Below, in pieces: positions 25,000-37,270 of a DNA stretch of 64,000 nucleotides. The notes beneath the pieces were generated by a model. It did no database searches. It saw only the letters and a list, made by a program, of their open reading frames with translations, and was not told where the DNA came from. Position 1 is the stretch's first letter. The number at the start of each line of letters is the position of its first letter. Source of the DNA: Okamejei kenojei (taxonomy: Eukaryota); contig CM069133.1 in assembly GCA_035221665.1 (NCBI GenBank), forward strand, positions 91,016,001 to 91,080,000. Direction: 5' to 3'. The translations under genes and the position numbers were made by a program.

Positions 25000-26110
25000 G
25001 ACATAAAATGCTGGAGTAACTCAGCAGGACAAGCAGCATCTCTGGAGAGAAGGAATGGGTGACGTTTCGGGTCTAGACCCTTCTTCAGACTCGTCAGGGG
25101 AAAGGGAAATGGGAGATATAGACAGTGATGTTGAGAGGTAAAGAACAAATAAGGAATAAAGGGAACAGACCATTGTTAGCTGTTTGCTGGTTGAGAATGG
25201 GAAACTTGTGCGACTTGGGTGGGGGAGGGTTGGAGAGAGAGGGAATGTAATGGCTACCAAAAGGTTGAGAAATTAATATTCATACCACTGGGTTGTAAGC
25301 TACCCAAGCAAAATATGAGATGCTGTTCCACCAATTTGCATTAAGCCTCACTCTGACAATGGAAGAGACTGAGGACAGAAAGGTCTGTGTAGGAATGGCA
25401 AGATAAAGGACAACAAGACAAAGGATTTATTGTCACATACACCATTTCTGGTGTAGTGAAATTTGAGTTGCCATTTGCAGCACACCAATAAAAGTAAGAC
25501 ACCACATTAAAAAAGAATTGAACATAAAACATAAAAACATCCCCCCACAATGGTTCCCACTGTGAGGGAAGGCACAAAGTCCAGTCCTTTTCTCCTTATT
25601 CACCCATGGTCGAGCCTATTGAGGCCTCCACAGTCGCTGCAACGGCGGCCCAATGTTCAGCCTCCCTCGCTGGATGATGAGGCTTCGGCATTGGGAGAAC
25701 ACTCTTCAGCGACTTGGAACGTTTGGAACGGCCGCTTGCTGCCAGAGACCGCTGCTCTCGAAGTCCACAGTCCGTGCTGGTCGGAGCTCCGACACTGGCG
25801 AGAGATCCCAGGCTCCGCGGTGTTCAGAGTCAGCGGTGGTTTGGGTGGGAGGGGATGACTTAACCAGGGAGTTGTGGAGAGAACGGTCTCTACGGAAGGC
25901 GGAAAGGGGTGCAGATGGGAAGATGTGACTCGTGGTGTGATCCCGTTGGCGGTGGTGAAAACGTCGGAGGATTATGTGTTGTATGTGATGGCTGATGGGG
26001 TGAAAGGTAATGACTAGGGGGACTCTGCCCTTGTTGCGACTTGGGAGAGGGTGAGCAAGGGCGGAGCTACGGGGCACCAAGAAGCCACATGTGAGGGCCT
26101 CATCTATGAT
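25000..26110 (-). mobile_element. Penelope-like element 3' portion, interrupted by an unrelated repeat at about 25405-25830
   Basis: The 3' tail carries a hammerhead motif at 25061-25088. ORF 25706-26290 contains RVPLVITFHP...HIFPSAPLSAFRRDRSLHNSLV. Confidence 0.8.
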
Positions 26111-26199
26111 GGAAGTAGTATAGTATTGCATCCTCATAGGTGGAAAGAATGTCAAGCTAAATCTGCTAATGCTTGCTACAAGATAAACATATACAGCGT

Positions 26200-26490
26200 C
26201 ATGAGTCATACAGCATGGAAACACGGCCCTTTGGCCCAACCTTTCCATGCTAATAGCTGAGCTCGTTCCATTTGCCCATATTTGGTCCATATCCCTCCAA
26301 ACCTCTCCTTTCCCTACACCTATCTAAATGTTGTTTAAACATCCCCATTGTACCCACCTTTACTGCTTCCTCTGGCAGCTTGTTTCACTATGGTAGCACT
26401 CTTTGTGAATAAAATTGCTCAGAGGTCTCTTTTAAATCTTTCCCCTCCTATCTTAAAAGCTATGCCCTATAGTTCTGGACTCCTCTACCC
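26200..26490 (-). mobile_element. Degenerate CR1 3' tail
   Basis: ggaaacacggccctttggcccaac pattern shared with 31705-32035. Confidence 0.55.
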
Positions 26491-27089
26491 TGTGAAAGAC
26501 ACTGAGGTGCATCATGTTCAAGTGTGGTTAGTGTTGTACAATATTATTTCAGTAAATGAACTGTACTGAACACCTTGAATGATAATAAATAATTACAAGT
26601 AAATTAAAATGTCATTATAAGCCATAACAACAAAGCTCAGAGAGGGGGGTGGGGGGATGACAGGAGATTCTCCAAATCTCCCCCCCACAAAGAACAAAGC
26701 CTCCAGATAATAAATGTGGGAAAATGCCAGAAAATTGATGTGATGACTAATTATAAAGTAATTGCTGGATATCTGCCAAATTCTATTTGGCGGTCGATAA
26801 CCAGAAAACAACAATCAGTATATGTTCATAGTTATTAGATGAAAGAATGCTAAGAAGCTGCTTTAATAATCCTGTAGAATCCTTAGCATTAATGTGACTA
26901 ATTCCCTTATTTTGCAAAATTAGATTCTCATGTCTCTGTTTGTAAGTTACTGTTTAATATTAAATTATAACATACAGATTTCATAATCAGGGAAAATAAA
27001 GTTATGCTTTTTAAATTAAACTCTTGCAGTGTGCAGAGCATTGGTATCAGATCTATTGACTATGTGAATGGATGCCTCATCATCATCTT

Positions 27090-27385
27090 CTCTCAGATAG
27101 ATGGACAAGACAAAGCCTGGCAACTAATAGGTGAATACAGTTGCGAGGGATTTTTGATAGGAGCATGGTTGGACAAAGGCCAGAGAACGCATTGAACAAA
27201 AGGATAGAAGAGTCGCAAATTGTGAAACTAGAGAAAGGAATGTAGAGGGAAGGGGAAGGGGAGGGGAGAAATAAATGCATCCTGGCAGGGCACAGGGGAG
27301 AAGGGGTAAGAAAGGGGAGGATGGGGGAAGAAGGGGCAGGGGGGTTTCATTTCATAAAATTGGAGAATTCAATATTCATACCATT
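27090..27385 (-). mobile_element. Degenerate Penelope 3' fragment
   Basis: aaattggagaattcaatattcatacc is the reverse complement of the GMNIEF end of the GIY-YIG domain. Confidence 0.55.
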
Positions 27386-29595
27386 GGACTTTCTAGCTCA
27401 CTGTGAAAGAGGATATTTGTTCTATCTCACCTATGAGACAAAAGCCCAGAGAACTGCGTTCCAAAATCCAATTAGAGATTCTTACTTCTATTTTACCACT
27501 GCTTCCAGTAGTGCTGGCATGACCTTTAGAATAACTTTCATCACCATCACAGCTACAAACTCCTCCTTTTTCAAAACTGTAGATATGGCTTTATGCAGCA
27601 CTACCAGCCATCTACAAGTTTGATCCTGTGCTAATGTGCCAAGTCCAGCAACACCATGGTTATTGCTGGCTAAAAGGAGTTGAAGCACAAATATTGAAGC
27701 ACAGCCTATTTGGATTTCTTCCAAAAAGCTGACTACTTTAATTGGCTTCCTAATTGGAAGTCAGACTACAAATCAATTACTGTAATCAACCTAAAGCAAT
27801 ATATCAAAAGGAAATGTGCAGCATATTATTTGTATACTTCAATTCATTTTCACAAATCTATAAGTTTGCTTCAAATAACTTAGTCTTACCTGTTGTAACA
27901 TTTTACATTTAATAAAATTCTTCTTATGCATCAGAATCTCCATTAAAGATATTCTAATAATCTTTCTCTCCTTCCCCACACCAGGGAGGGTTTTGTGTTT
28001 TTAAATAAATATTCTTGATTCATCTCATCGCATTTAAGGAATGCAAATAATCTCCACTACTTATTTGCTTCCTGTGCATTGTCCCATCACCTCTGGAGAG
28101 ATTTCAAATGGGTGATCCCAGACCTGTAAATGCAGTAACATCTCAATAAGGAGTCAGATGCCCATCCTTGGCCACTTAGCAGAGGGGTATCAATTTATTG
28201 TCCAAACGTTTGGTGGTGGGTTTGTGCTCGGCCTTCTCATTGATCAAAAGCTGTTTGGAAAGCTTTGTTTGGAAATATTGAAAATAAAAACCTAAAATGC
28301 GTTGGAGATTACTTAGTATCTCTTTTCCCTCGAGAATTATCTTTGGCCAGCCTGAATCCTGCACTCATGTTTTCATCTCCCTTTGCATTGGCCAGATGAG
28401 CAGCAAGCCATTTGTTTCTTTCCGTCCCACTTGCGTAATCATCAATTATCAGCTCAAGCTGAAGTTAGTTACTTCTGTAGGTGCAACTGCTGCACAGCTC
28501 CCACTTCAATATATGTCAGCAACTCTCTGATGGGTCTCAGGGGTAATCTCAACTGTTCAAAGTGCTTCTAAAGTAATAGAGGTGATGAGCCAGGAGAAAA
28601 AGACAATGAGAGAACTGGTCAAAATGCAATCTCTTGCTTGGGCTTGGAGTTTGCTAAACTTTATACTAGAAATGTTTATACTTTATATTAGAAATACTAT
28701 AGAATGTCAGGCAGTATGTGTGGAGAGAGAAATCATTCATGTTTCAGTTTGTGAACCTTTCATTAAATTGGTTAAATTTAAGATTAGCACTGAATGAAGT
28801 GCAGTATGAAGTGAGTTAAACGTTGCTTGCAGGTAACTGTCTATGTAGGAAAGTTAAATGTTACCTCACGAGCCTTCCGCCATTTCACTAAATTATGCCT
28901 TCAACAGTTTATTTTGATTCTTCAATAAGAACATATTTATTCCGAAATAGTAAACAGCAATTTCCTGCAAGGCAAAATATCACTGCTGGAAATTGACTGA
29001 GGATTTTGACAAGTGATGTGATGGAGACATGCAGTTACGCTGAGATGAACACAAGTTCAACAGGGAAGTGCAGTCGTGTATAGAGCTGCAGTACATTGGA
29101 GAGATGCACCCACCTGACTTTGCATCTCACTGAAGAACAGATAGTTCAAGTCGTATATATTTTATGGTTGGTATAATGGCAGGTGGAATCGTGGAATTGT
29201 TATTTTGGAATAGTGACTTACAAACATACTTGTCCTCACCAGCAGTTCTGATTCTAAGTTGCTGGCTATTTCATTCAATAGCTCATTCAGAGTTCTGCCC
29301 AATAACTCAGATTGCAGAATTTATTTGATTGTTGTTTATACCTATATGCATGTTTGGGATTAGTACATTATTTTCACTTTATGGGACTCCATCCTTAAAG
29401 TTTGAGTTTGCTCCACTCCTGTCTATTTAACTACAGACAATGTCCAAAAGAACTGAACCCCAACATGATATGCCAGTGCTCCATTTATAATACCTCATCA
29501 GTACCAAAAGGCAAATATACCTACCTTGCCTCGCCCTTGCTCTTGAGAGGATTCAGTTAGGCCCAGGGCTACATTTGCTTTTTTTTTCTCTGTCT

Positions 29596-30630
29596 CCGGC
29601 GGGTGCTCAGGGAATGTGCTGATCAGCTGGCACATGTCCTTACGGACATCTTCAACACCTCGCTGAACCAGGCTGTCGTCCCATCATGTTTCAAGACTAC
29701 CACCATCATACCGGTACCAAAAAATATCCGCAATACAATGTCTCAACGATTACCGCCCTGTAGCACTCACTCCCATAATGATGAAGTGCTTCGAGAACAT
29801 ATCTGGTCAGGGAACATATTACCTCCAGAGTCCCCTCCACACTTGACCCATACCAGTTTGCTTACAGGCCAAACTGCTCCACAGAGGACGCCATATCCTC
29901 CGTACTCGATCTGAGCCTGGAACATCTAGAGGAGAAGAACACTTATGTGCAAACGCTGTTCGTGGATTTTAGTTCAGCGTTCAACACCATCATCCCTCAG
30001 CACCTGATAAGCAAACTGGGTCCATTGTGCCTCAGCACCCCCATGTGTAACTGGCTACTGGACTTCCCCACTGACAGACCCCAGTCAGTGCGGGTTGGGA
30101 ACAACACCTCTAACATCATCTCTCTGAGCACCGGCTCCCCTCAGGGCTGTGTCTTGAGATGAGCTCACCTCCCCCATCCCGTCCTCACCACTTTCTACAG
30201 GGGCACCATAGAGAGTATTCTGACCAGCTGCATCTCTGTCTGGTTTGGGGACTGTAAAGCCTCCGACTGGAAGTCTGTGCAGTGAGTGGTGAGGACGGCT
30301 GAAAAAATAATCGGGACTTCTCTCCCCTCAATCGGGGACATTGCGACCAAACGTTGCTTGTCTTAGACTGCTGCCCTCGGGCAAAAGATATAGTAGCATA
30401 AGGCGCAGAACATCAAGGTTTTGCAACAGCTTCCTCCCACGAGCAATCAGACTCCTGAATGCCATGTAATGGGCTGCCACCATTGTCTATTTTATCTTTT
30501 TATCCATTTTATCTTTTTATCCATTTTATTCTGTTTATTATCGTGTTGCATGGGGAGCCAAATGCAACGGAATTTCGTTTGGAATTGCATATATCGATGT
30601 ATTTCTAAATGACAATAAAGTTTGTTTGAT
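29596..30630 (+). mobile_element. Rex1/Babar-type LINE fragment with internal deletions
   Basis: [34 protein letters not shown] and [10 protein letters not shown] motifs; tail gacaataaag. Confidence 0.85.
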
Positions 30631-31576
30631 TTGATTTTTTTGATTTTGGTCTCCCTGTCAAACAGATTTGCACTATTCATTCATTGGGTAAATATACCCT
30701 TTGTAAAGTTTTAGAGAAAAAAGATCAACTTTGTTCAGTAATCAAATCAAATTTCATGGTAAACATATCTAAAACCTATCATCAACCTATGAATGCATTT
30801 TTTAAAGTTTTTCATCTGAATGGAATCAAGTGAAATCACAGCATAATATTGTTAATGAACACTATTTGTATGGAACTCTTATCACACAATTTGATCCCTT
30901 GTAACTTGCAGTAAATTAAGACATTGTTTATTTTATCAATACAATTTATATTTATTTTAATACTTAATATTTTATATTCCTACTACTAAGTAAGAGAGTA
31001 AATATTAACTAAATAATGGAATTATTTGGTTTAAATAGACGGATTTACTTTTCTATAGTTCAAAGGTATTGATTGAAGAGAGCATAGAAATAAAAATAAG
31101 CAATCTAATGAATTGTATGCATTGTACTGTAGAACATTCCAGATTTTTTTTCATTCTGTTACTTCTGCAGTTGTATGAACATTTAAAATAAATGGATTAG
31201 TACCTTTAATAGGTTGGTGAAGAAAGGATCTTGATGTTTTAATCATCAATAAGATAAAAATGTCAGTGTACTTTTCAGTAAAATCATTTGGAGAAGTTCC
31301 TTTCTCAATTGATTTGCCAAGAACAACAGTCATTTTAAACTCTTTCCTTTTACGTCTTCCCTCCTCCAGCAGTTTAATTTATTTAGTAATTAGTGTTCGA
31401 TACAATATTCATTTTTTAAATGTACTGCAAATGACATTAACAGCCTCATCAAGAGACCAAAGAGATCGTAAATACATCACTTGCACATTTATCATTTTAG
31501 CAGTGATGCTAGACTTTTATGTTTGCAAGGAAAGTGTGCTTTTTCTGCCATCTTGTGGTGACATTTATAAAGTGCA

Positions 31577-31664
31577 GAAGGGTCTCGGCCCGAAACGTCA
31601 CCAATCTCCTTCACTCCTTAGATGCTGCTGCACCCGCTGAGTTTCTCCAGCTTTTTGTGTACCC
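31577..31664 (+). mobile_element. 88-bp Penelope 3'-end insertion
   Basis: 13-bp TSD tttataaagtgca at 31564-31576 and 31665-31677. It starts inside the hammerhead motif. Confidence 0.9.
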
Positions 31665-31704
31665 TTTATAAAGTGCATCATCTGTCACACACTACATTAT
31701 ACAG

Positions 31705-32035
31705 GTCATAGAGTATACTGGTCATAGTGGAAACAGGCCATTCAGCCCAACTTGCCCACACCGGCCAACAGGTCACAGCTGCACTAGTCCCTCCGGCCTG
31801 CGCTTGGTCCACACCCCTCCAAACCTGTCCTATCCATGTACCTGTCTACCTGTTTCTTAAACGTTGGGATAGTCCCAGCCTCAACTACCTCATCTGGCAG
31901 CTTGTTCCATACTCCTACCACCCTTTGTGTGGAAAAAGTTACCCCTCAGATTCCGATTAAATCTTTTCCCCTTCACCTTGAACCTATGTCCTCTGGTCCT
32001 CGATTCCCCTAATCTGGGCAAGAGACTCTGTGCCT
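31705..32035 (-). mobile_element. CR1 3' fragment
   Basis: GESRTRGHRFKVKGKRFNRNLRGNFF. Confidence 0.8.
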
Positions 32036-32069
32036 CGGTGGTGGACCAGAGGATAGATGCAACTGGTGT

Positions 32070-32505
32070 TGTGTAGGATGGAACTGCAGATGCTGGTTTA
32101 AACCAAAGATAAACACAAATGCTGGAGTAACTCAGCGGGACAGGCAGCATCTCTGGAGAGAAGGAATGGGTGATGTTTCGGGTCGAGACCCTTCTTCAGA
32201 CTGATGTCAGGGGAGAGGGAGATACATAGATAAGGAAGTGTAAGGTGTGAAAGTAGAAAGGGCATGCAGATCGAGAAAAATGTAGAATAGATCATTGTTA
32301 GCTGGGAGAAGGTAACGACAAAGCAGAGCTAAAATGTAGTTGGAGGCAGTAAGACTGGTCAGAGAACTGGGAAGGGGGAGGGATGGAGAGAGAAGGAAAG
32401 CAAGGGTTACTTGAAGTTAAATAAGTCAATTTTCATACCACTGGGGTGTAAGCTGCCCAAGCAAAATATGAGGTGCTGTTCCTCCAATTCGCACTGGGCC
32501 TCACT
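32070..32505 (-). mobile_element. Penelope 3' fragment
   Basis: Same tail as 25000-25400; hammerhead motif at 32172-32199. Confidence 0.8.
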
Positions 32506-33639
32506 ATACTGGTGTTTATGTGTTAACTCTACAAAGGTAAATGTCTCCACATTGGCACATATTCAGAAAAGATTTGTTTATTCGTTTCAGGCCCAGAATG
32601 AAAAAATAATTGCAATTTTCGGTGAACAAAATACCCTGTATAGAATGATTGTCTATGTTTTGGATATTACAAATTGTTTCTGTTGTATCATCACAAAGCG
32701 TAATGCAAAGCAATAAGCATTTTATAAGACACAGGTACATGTTTTCAAATTGCACTGATTAAAAAAATGTCGAGTAAAAATGCAATGGTATTTGGAAAAT
32801 ATCATAATTTAAAACTATTTAACCAAGACGATTTTTCAGTTTTAACCAGCCTTTTAAGCCCATTTAAAATAAAATATTTTTCAATATGCTTTTCTCCTCT
32901 GCTGAAGGGATATGGCTCCAACAGTATTAATGCTGTCCCCAAGTGACCATTCTAAATGTGTCACTGAGCCAGGAGGCTCTTTCAACATATGGGTATTAGC
33001 ACTAAGCCTAATCCAGCCATCAGTTAACATCCACACATGTGCACTTCCCAACAAGAGTCATAATAGGTAACAGTAGAAACATAAGCTGATTTTATCCCTT
33101 CACCTTCCGAGGCAAGCTGAGATCAGTTAACCTATTTTTGATGATGAATTTTCCCTGTTAGTTATGATTGTATAGTTGAAGAAAATTTCAAAAGATTAAA
33201 ACCAAGAGACACTGTAAATCAATAAGTGAGTTCATAAGTTCATAGGTGATAGGAGTAGATTAAAGCCATTCAACCCATCAAGTCTACACTTTCTATCTTT
33301 CCCTTTCAACCCCATTCTCCTGCCTTCTCCCCATAACCTATAATACCTGTACGAATCAATGCAGGGAATGGTCCAAGAATGGACCCAATATTAGTTTTGA
33401 TTGAATTTTCCTTCACTCAGTCAATGCAATACATAAGCCCCACTATCAGCTAACCACGATACAGATCAGAAAACAAACCTGTTCTTTCTGGGCCTATGTC
33501 ACATAGGGATCAGAGTTTCTTAATCAGATAGGGATCAAAATGGATTTAGTTTTTAATTTTAATTATTTTTCATGATTATAGATTCATAGAGTGCACAGTC
33601 AACTCGGAAAGTTTGGAGTGTAGTAGCTCTGGCACAAAG

Positions 33640-33970
33640 GTGTATAATCTCATGAGAGAAATAGATCGAGCAGATGCACAGTCTCTTGCCCAGAGTAGGT
33701 GAATCAAGGACTAGAGGACATAGCTTTAAGGTGAAGGGGAAAATATTTAATTGGAATCTAAGCGGTAACTTTTTCACACAAAGGGTAGTGGGTGTATGAA
33801 ACAGGCTGCCAGAGGAGGCAGAGACTATACCAAATTTAAGAAACAGTTAGACATGTACATAGATAGAACAGGTTTGGAGGGAAATGGACCAAATTTGGGC
33901 AGGTGAGACTGTAGCTGGGACATGCTGGCTGGTGTGAGCAAGTTGGGCCGAAGGGCCTGTTTCCACACTG
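33640..33970 (+). mobile_element. CR1 3' fragment
   Basis: gaatcaaggactagaggacatagctttaaggtg and a CR1 3' UTR. Confidence 0.75.
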
Positions 33971-33974
33971 TTTC

Positions 33975-34443
33975 CACTTGGAGGCTGCAGCGAATCGTCC
34001 GATCAGCTGAGAAGGCTCTTGACTGCAACCTTCCCTCCATTGATGAAATGTACACTGCAAGGGCCAGGAAGCGAGCGGGGAAGATCATCTCTGACCCCTC
34101 TCACCCTGGCCACAAACTCTTTGAATCACTTCCCTCTGGAAGGCGACTCCGGATTGTCAAAGCTGCCACAGCCAGACATAAAAACAGTTTTTATCCACGA
34201 GTAGTTGCTCCACTCCAACAGCCAAAAATCTGTAGCCTCCCTTTGATCTGGTATTTTGTTGGTTCACATGCTTGATCAATGGTGTTTTATCATGAATGTT
34301 TTATTATTATTAATGTTTGGTGTTTTCTGAGTCATTTGTAACTGTCACTGTATGCCATGTTGTTACTTGTGGGGGGAGCACCAAGGTAAATTCCTTGTAT
34401 GTGAATGCTTGGCCAATAAACGTACTTACTTACTTACTTACTA
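33975..34443 (+). mobile_element. Rex1/Babar-type 3' fragment with (TTAC)n tail
   Basis: RLQRIVRSAEK...DPSHPGHKLFESLPSGRR...KNSFYP, then aataaa and (ttac)n. Confidence 0.85.
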
Positions 34444-35085
34444 ACTATAAGATCACCCCTCATCCTCCTGCGCTCCAAGGAATGTAGTCCCAGCCGACTC
34501 AACCTCTCCAAATAGGTCAGACCCTCTAGTCCTGGCAATATCCTCATAAATCTTCTCTGTACCCTTTCCAGCTTGACAACATCTTTCCTATAACATGGTG
34601 ACCAGAACTGAACACAATACTCTAAATGTGACCTCACCATCGTCTTATACAACTGTAACATGACCTCCCAACTTCTATACTCAATAGTCTGGCTGATGAA
34701 GGCCAAAAGTGCCAAATGCCTTTTTGACTACCCAATCTACCTGTGACTCCACCTTTAAGGAACCATGCATCTGCACTCCTAGATCCCTCTGCTCTACAAC
34801 ACTACCCAGTCCTATCATTCATTGTGTAGGTCCTGTCCATGTTAGACTTCCAAAAATGCAACACCTCACATTTCTCTGCATTAAATTCCATCAACCATTC
34901 CTCAGCCTACCTGGCCAAACGATCAAGATCCTGGTGCAATTTTTCACCACTATCTGTAACACCACCCACTATTGTATCATGTGCAAAAGTACTAATCTTG
35001 CCGTGTATGCTCTCATCCAAATCATTGATGTAGATGATAAACAATAACGGGCCCAGCACCGACCCCTGAGGCACACCATTAGTCA
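34444..35085 (-). mobile_element. CR1 RT fragment
   Basis: [21 protein letters not shown] and [11 protein letters not shown]. Confidence 0.85.
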
Positions 35086-35229
35086 CACATTTTAATATTT
35101 GCAGCGCTTTAATGATAGATGAGCTTCTTTGCAAACTGATAATATCTGATCATGTGTTTGTCTTTGGTATTGAGCATAACCTTGTGGGAGGGAAAAAAAT
35201 ATCACAACAATATGCTCCTGAAAAAATTA

Positions 35230-35440
35230 TTTTCAGATGCTAGAAATCTGAAATAAAAGTAGAATATGCTGGAAATATTTGGCTGGTCAGACGGCACATC
35301 TGGAAAGAAACAGAGTTCACGTTTCAGATTGAAGACCAATCGTCAGAACTGGGAAAGTGAGAAGACAAGTTAGTTTTAAGTTGTAGGGATGGTAGGGTAG
35401 GAAAGATAGGGCAAAAGGTAATATCTCTGAGAGGGTGAGG
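35230..35440 (-). mobile_element. Old Penelope-type 3' tail
   Basis: Hammerhead-like agttCTGACGA...GAAACgtgaact on the minus strand at 35314-35350. Confidence 0.55.
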
Positions 35441-37270
35441 TCATGGTTTCTATGGTGATAAGATGCCAAAGTCATCTGGTTGACAGGTTAATGAGGGGAG
35501 GGAGAGAAGTCACATATTTAAGTTACAAGCCCCAGTAATCTTCCCATCTTGATGACATTAGTTTCAAAAGCTCTGAACTTATGGACAAGCTGTGCCACAC
35601 ATGAAATCTGTGAAAGTTTTTCCAGAGTGAACTGAGATATAGCAATAAAAGTACCTTTACAGCAAAGGGATTTTAAATAATTATCTGAATTACTAATCAA
35701 TCATACTTCTATTTTGTCTTAATTTCCCAAGTCATGGGACCCTTATGCTGGAGACATTTAATTTAATTTTCAATGCACAAAGATCCCTCTAATGTCTCTT
35801 AAGGATATTAAGTTATGCTAAATACCCATCTTCTCGTAGAAATGGCAGTCCTGACACACTCCATTAAATCCAGAGCCAGGCAAGACGGTGCCACACTGCA
35901 ACTGTTGTCTAAAAATATCTGCCTCACTATTCCTGAAGGTTAAAACCGCCACCTACAGTTTCTCTAGAACTTGTGTACGCTTGTCGACACCTGTCAATAG
36001 ACTTTCTGTGACTGATCTGAACATCACTGGGATGCCCAAGGTTTGCACTGATGCACAGGACTAAGCTGATGTGCCCATAGAGAATAAAAGATCTACAGAA
36101 ATTCAGCATATGCCACCAGACAGACAGGCTCAGTATGTGCTCAATAACAGCAGGATAAGGCTGCAAATCAATGAGCTGCGAGCAAGCTCTTGGGAAAAAG
36201 AGAATGAGACGGCAGGGAAAAGTTGATTTCTTCAGTGTGTCCTTTTGTTTTTCCAGCAAAACAACGCATGTGCTCCTGATTGTGCAGTGTGTCATGTGCA
36301 TTGTCATAACCAGTGAGCCACGATCTGGCGAATGGCTTTATCTGTCAGAGGAGAAGCTCAAACTGTATGTTGACTCCAGTAAGTTACCTGATCGTTCAGG
36401 AAAGACGTTGAATGCAGAGGTATGCTATCAGTGGAGAAAAAAACATTGCGATCTGCTGGGAAAGCCCAAATTACTTGAAAATTATCCCATTGTTACATTA
36501 GTTCATCTACCTGCGCGTACTCCTTGAGAGTTATTTTCTGGATTTCTGTAGGATCCAGGGGCAGACTTAACAAAGTAACAACTTATGTAAAGAAAGTTTG
36601 TGTGCATTGTAAATCTGGACAGTATTTCCAAGAGGCCATGCATGATGTTTTAATCCATTACTATTATTGGTCGAAAATAGAAGGATGGCATGAACATCTA
36701 AGCCTGAACTCCCAGAGTGTGATTTCATCTTACAATGCTCTAGTCTACATGATGAGAGCTCATTCATACCAAATGTATTTACCAGTTTCTCATCAGATTG
36801 AGTACTAACAATTGTGCACAGATTTTATATCTTACAAAATAATGCTCATCATTGGGCTGGAGACTCAGCACAGTGGGTAATTTATTTCCATCCCTTGGAC
36901 AAGTGCCGGAAATTTAATGCCTTGATTTGTGAAACTACTGCATCTATCTGAAAGCTAATATCATCCGCAGTCATATTTCACCAGATAATTCTCCGACCAT
37001 TAGATTGTCAACTAATTCTGATTCATTCCTCGTCAATGAATCAGTATGGTCTGTTATCTGCTCAGTTCCAATTTTTTTCCAGTCAATTATTCAAAGTCAA
37101 TTGCAGAAATCCAATGCCTTTACCACTTGAACTCTTCTGCTTTTCCCAGGCTCTGTGGAAACTAGAGTCACTCATTGTAACATCTTGAAACGACATTATC
37201 ACTGAGGCTGCATGCTTAGCAGACTCATATTTGAAAGGATGACCTTGAAAGACCAAATGTCTTGGACCTA

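Noticed and set aside
20950-37260. Numerous 60-130 aa ORFs as a second host gene
   Set aside because: They show no recognisable domains or coherent exon chain. Those with motifs are transposon fragments or antisense shadows.
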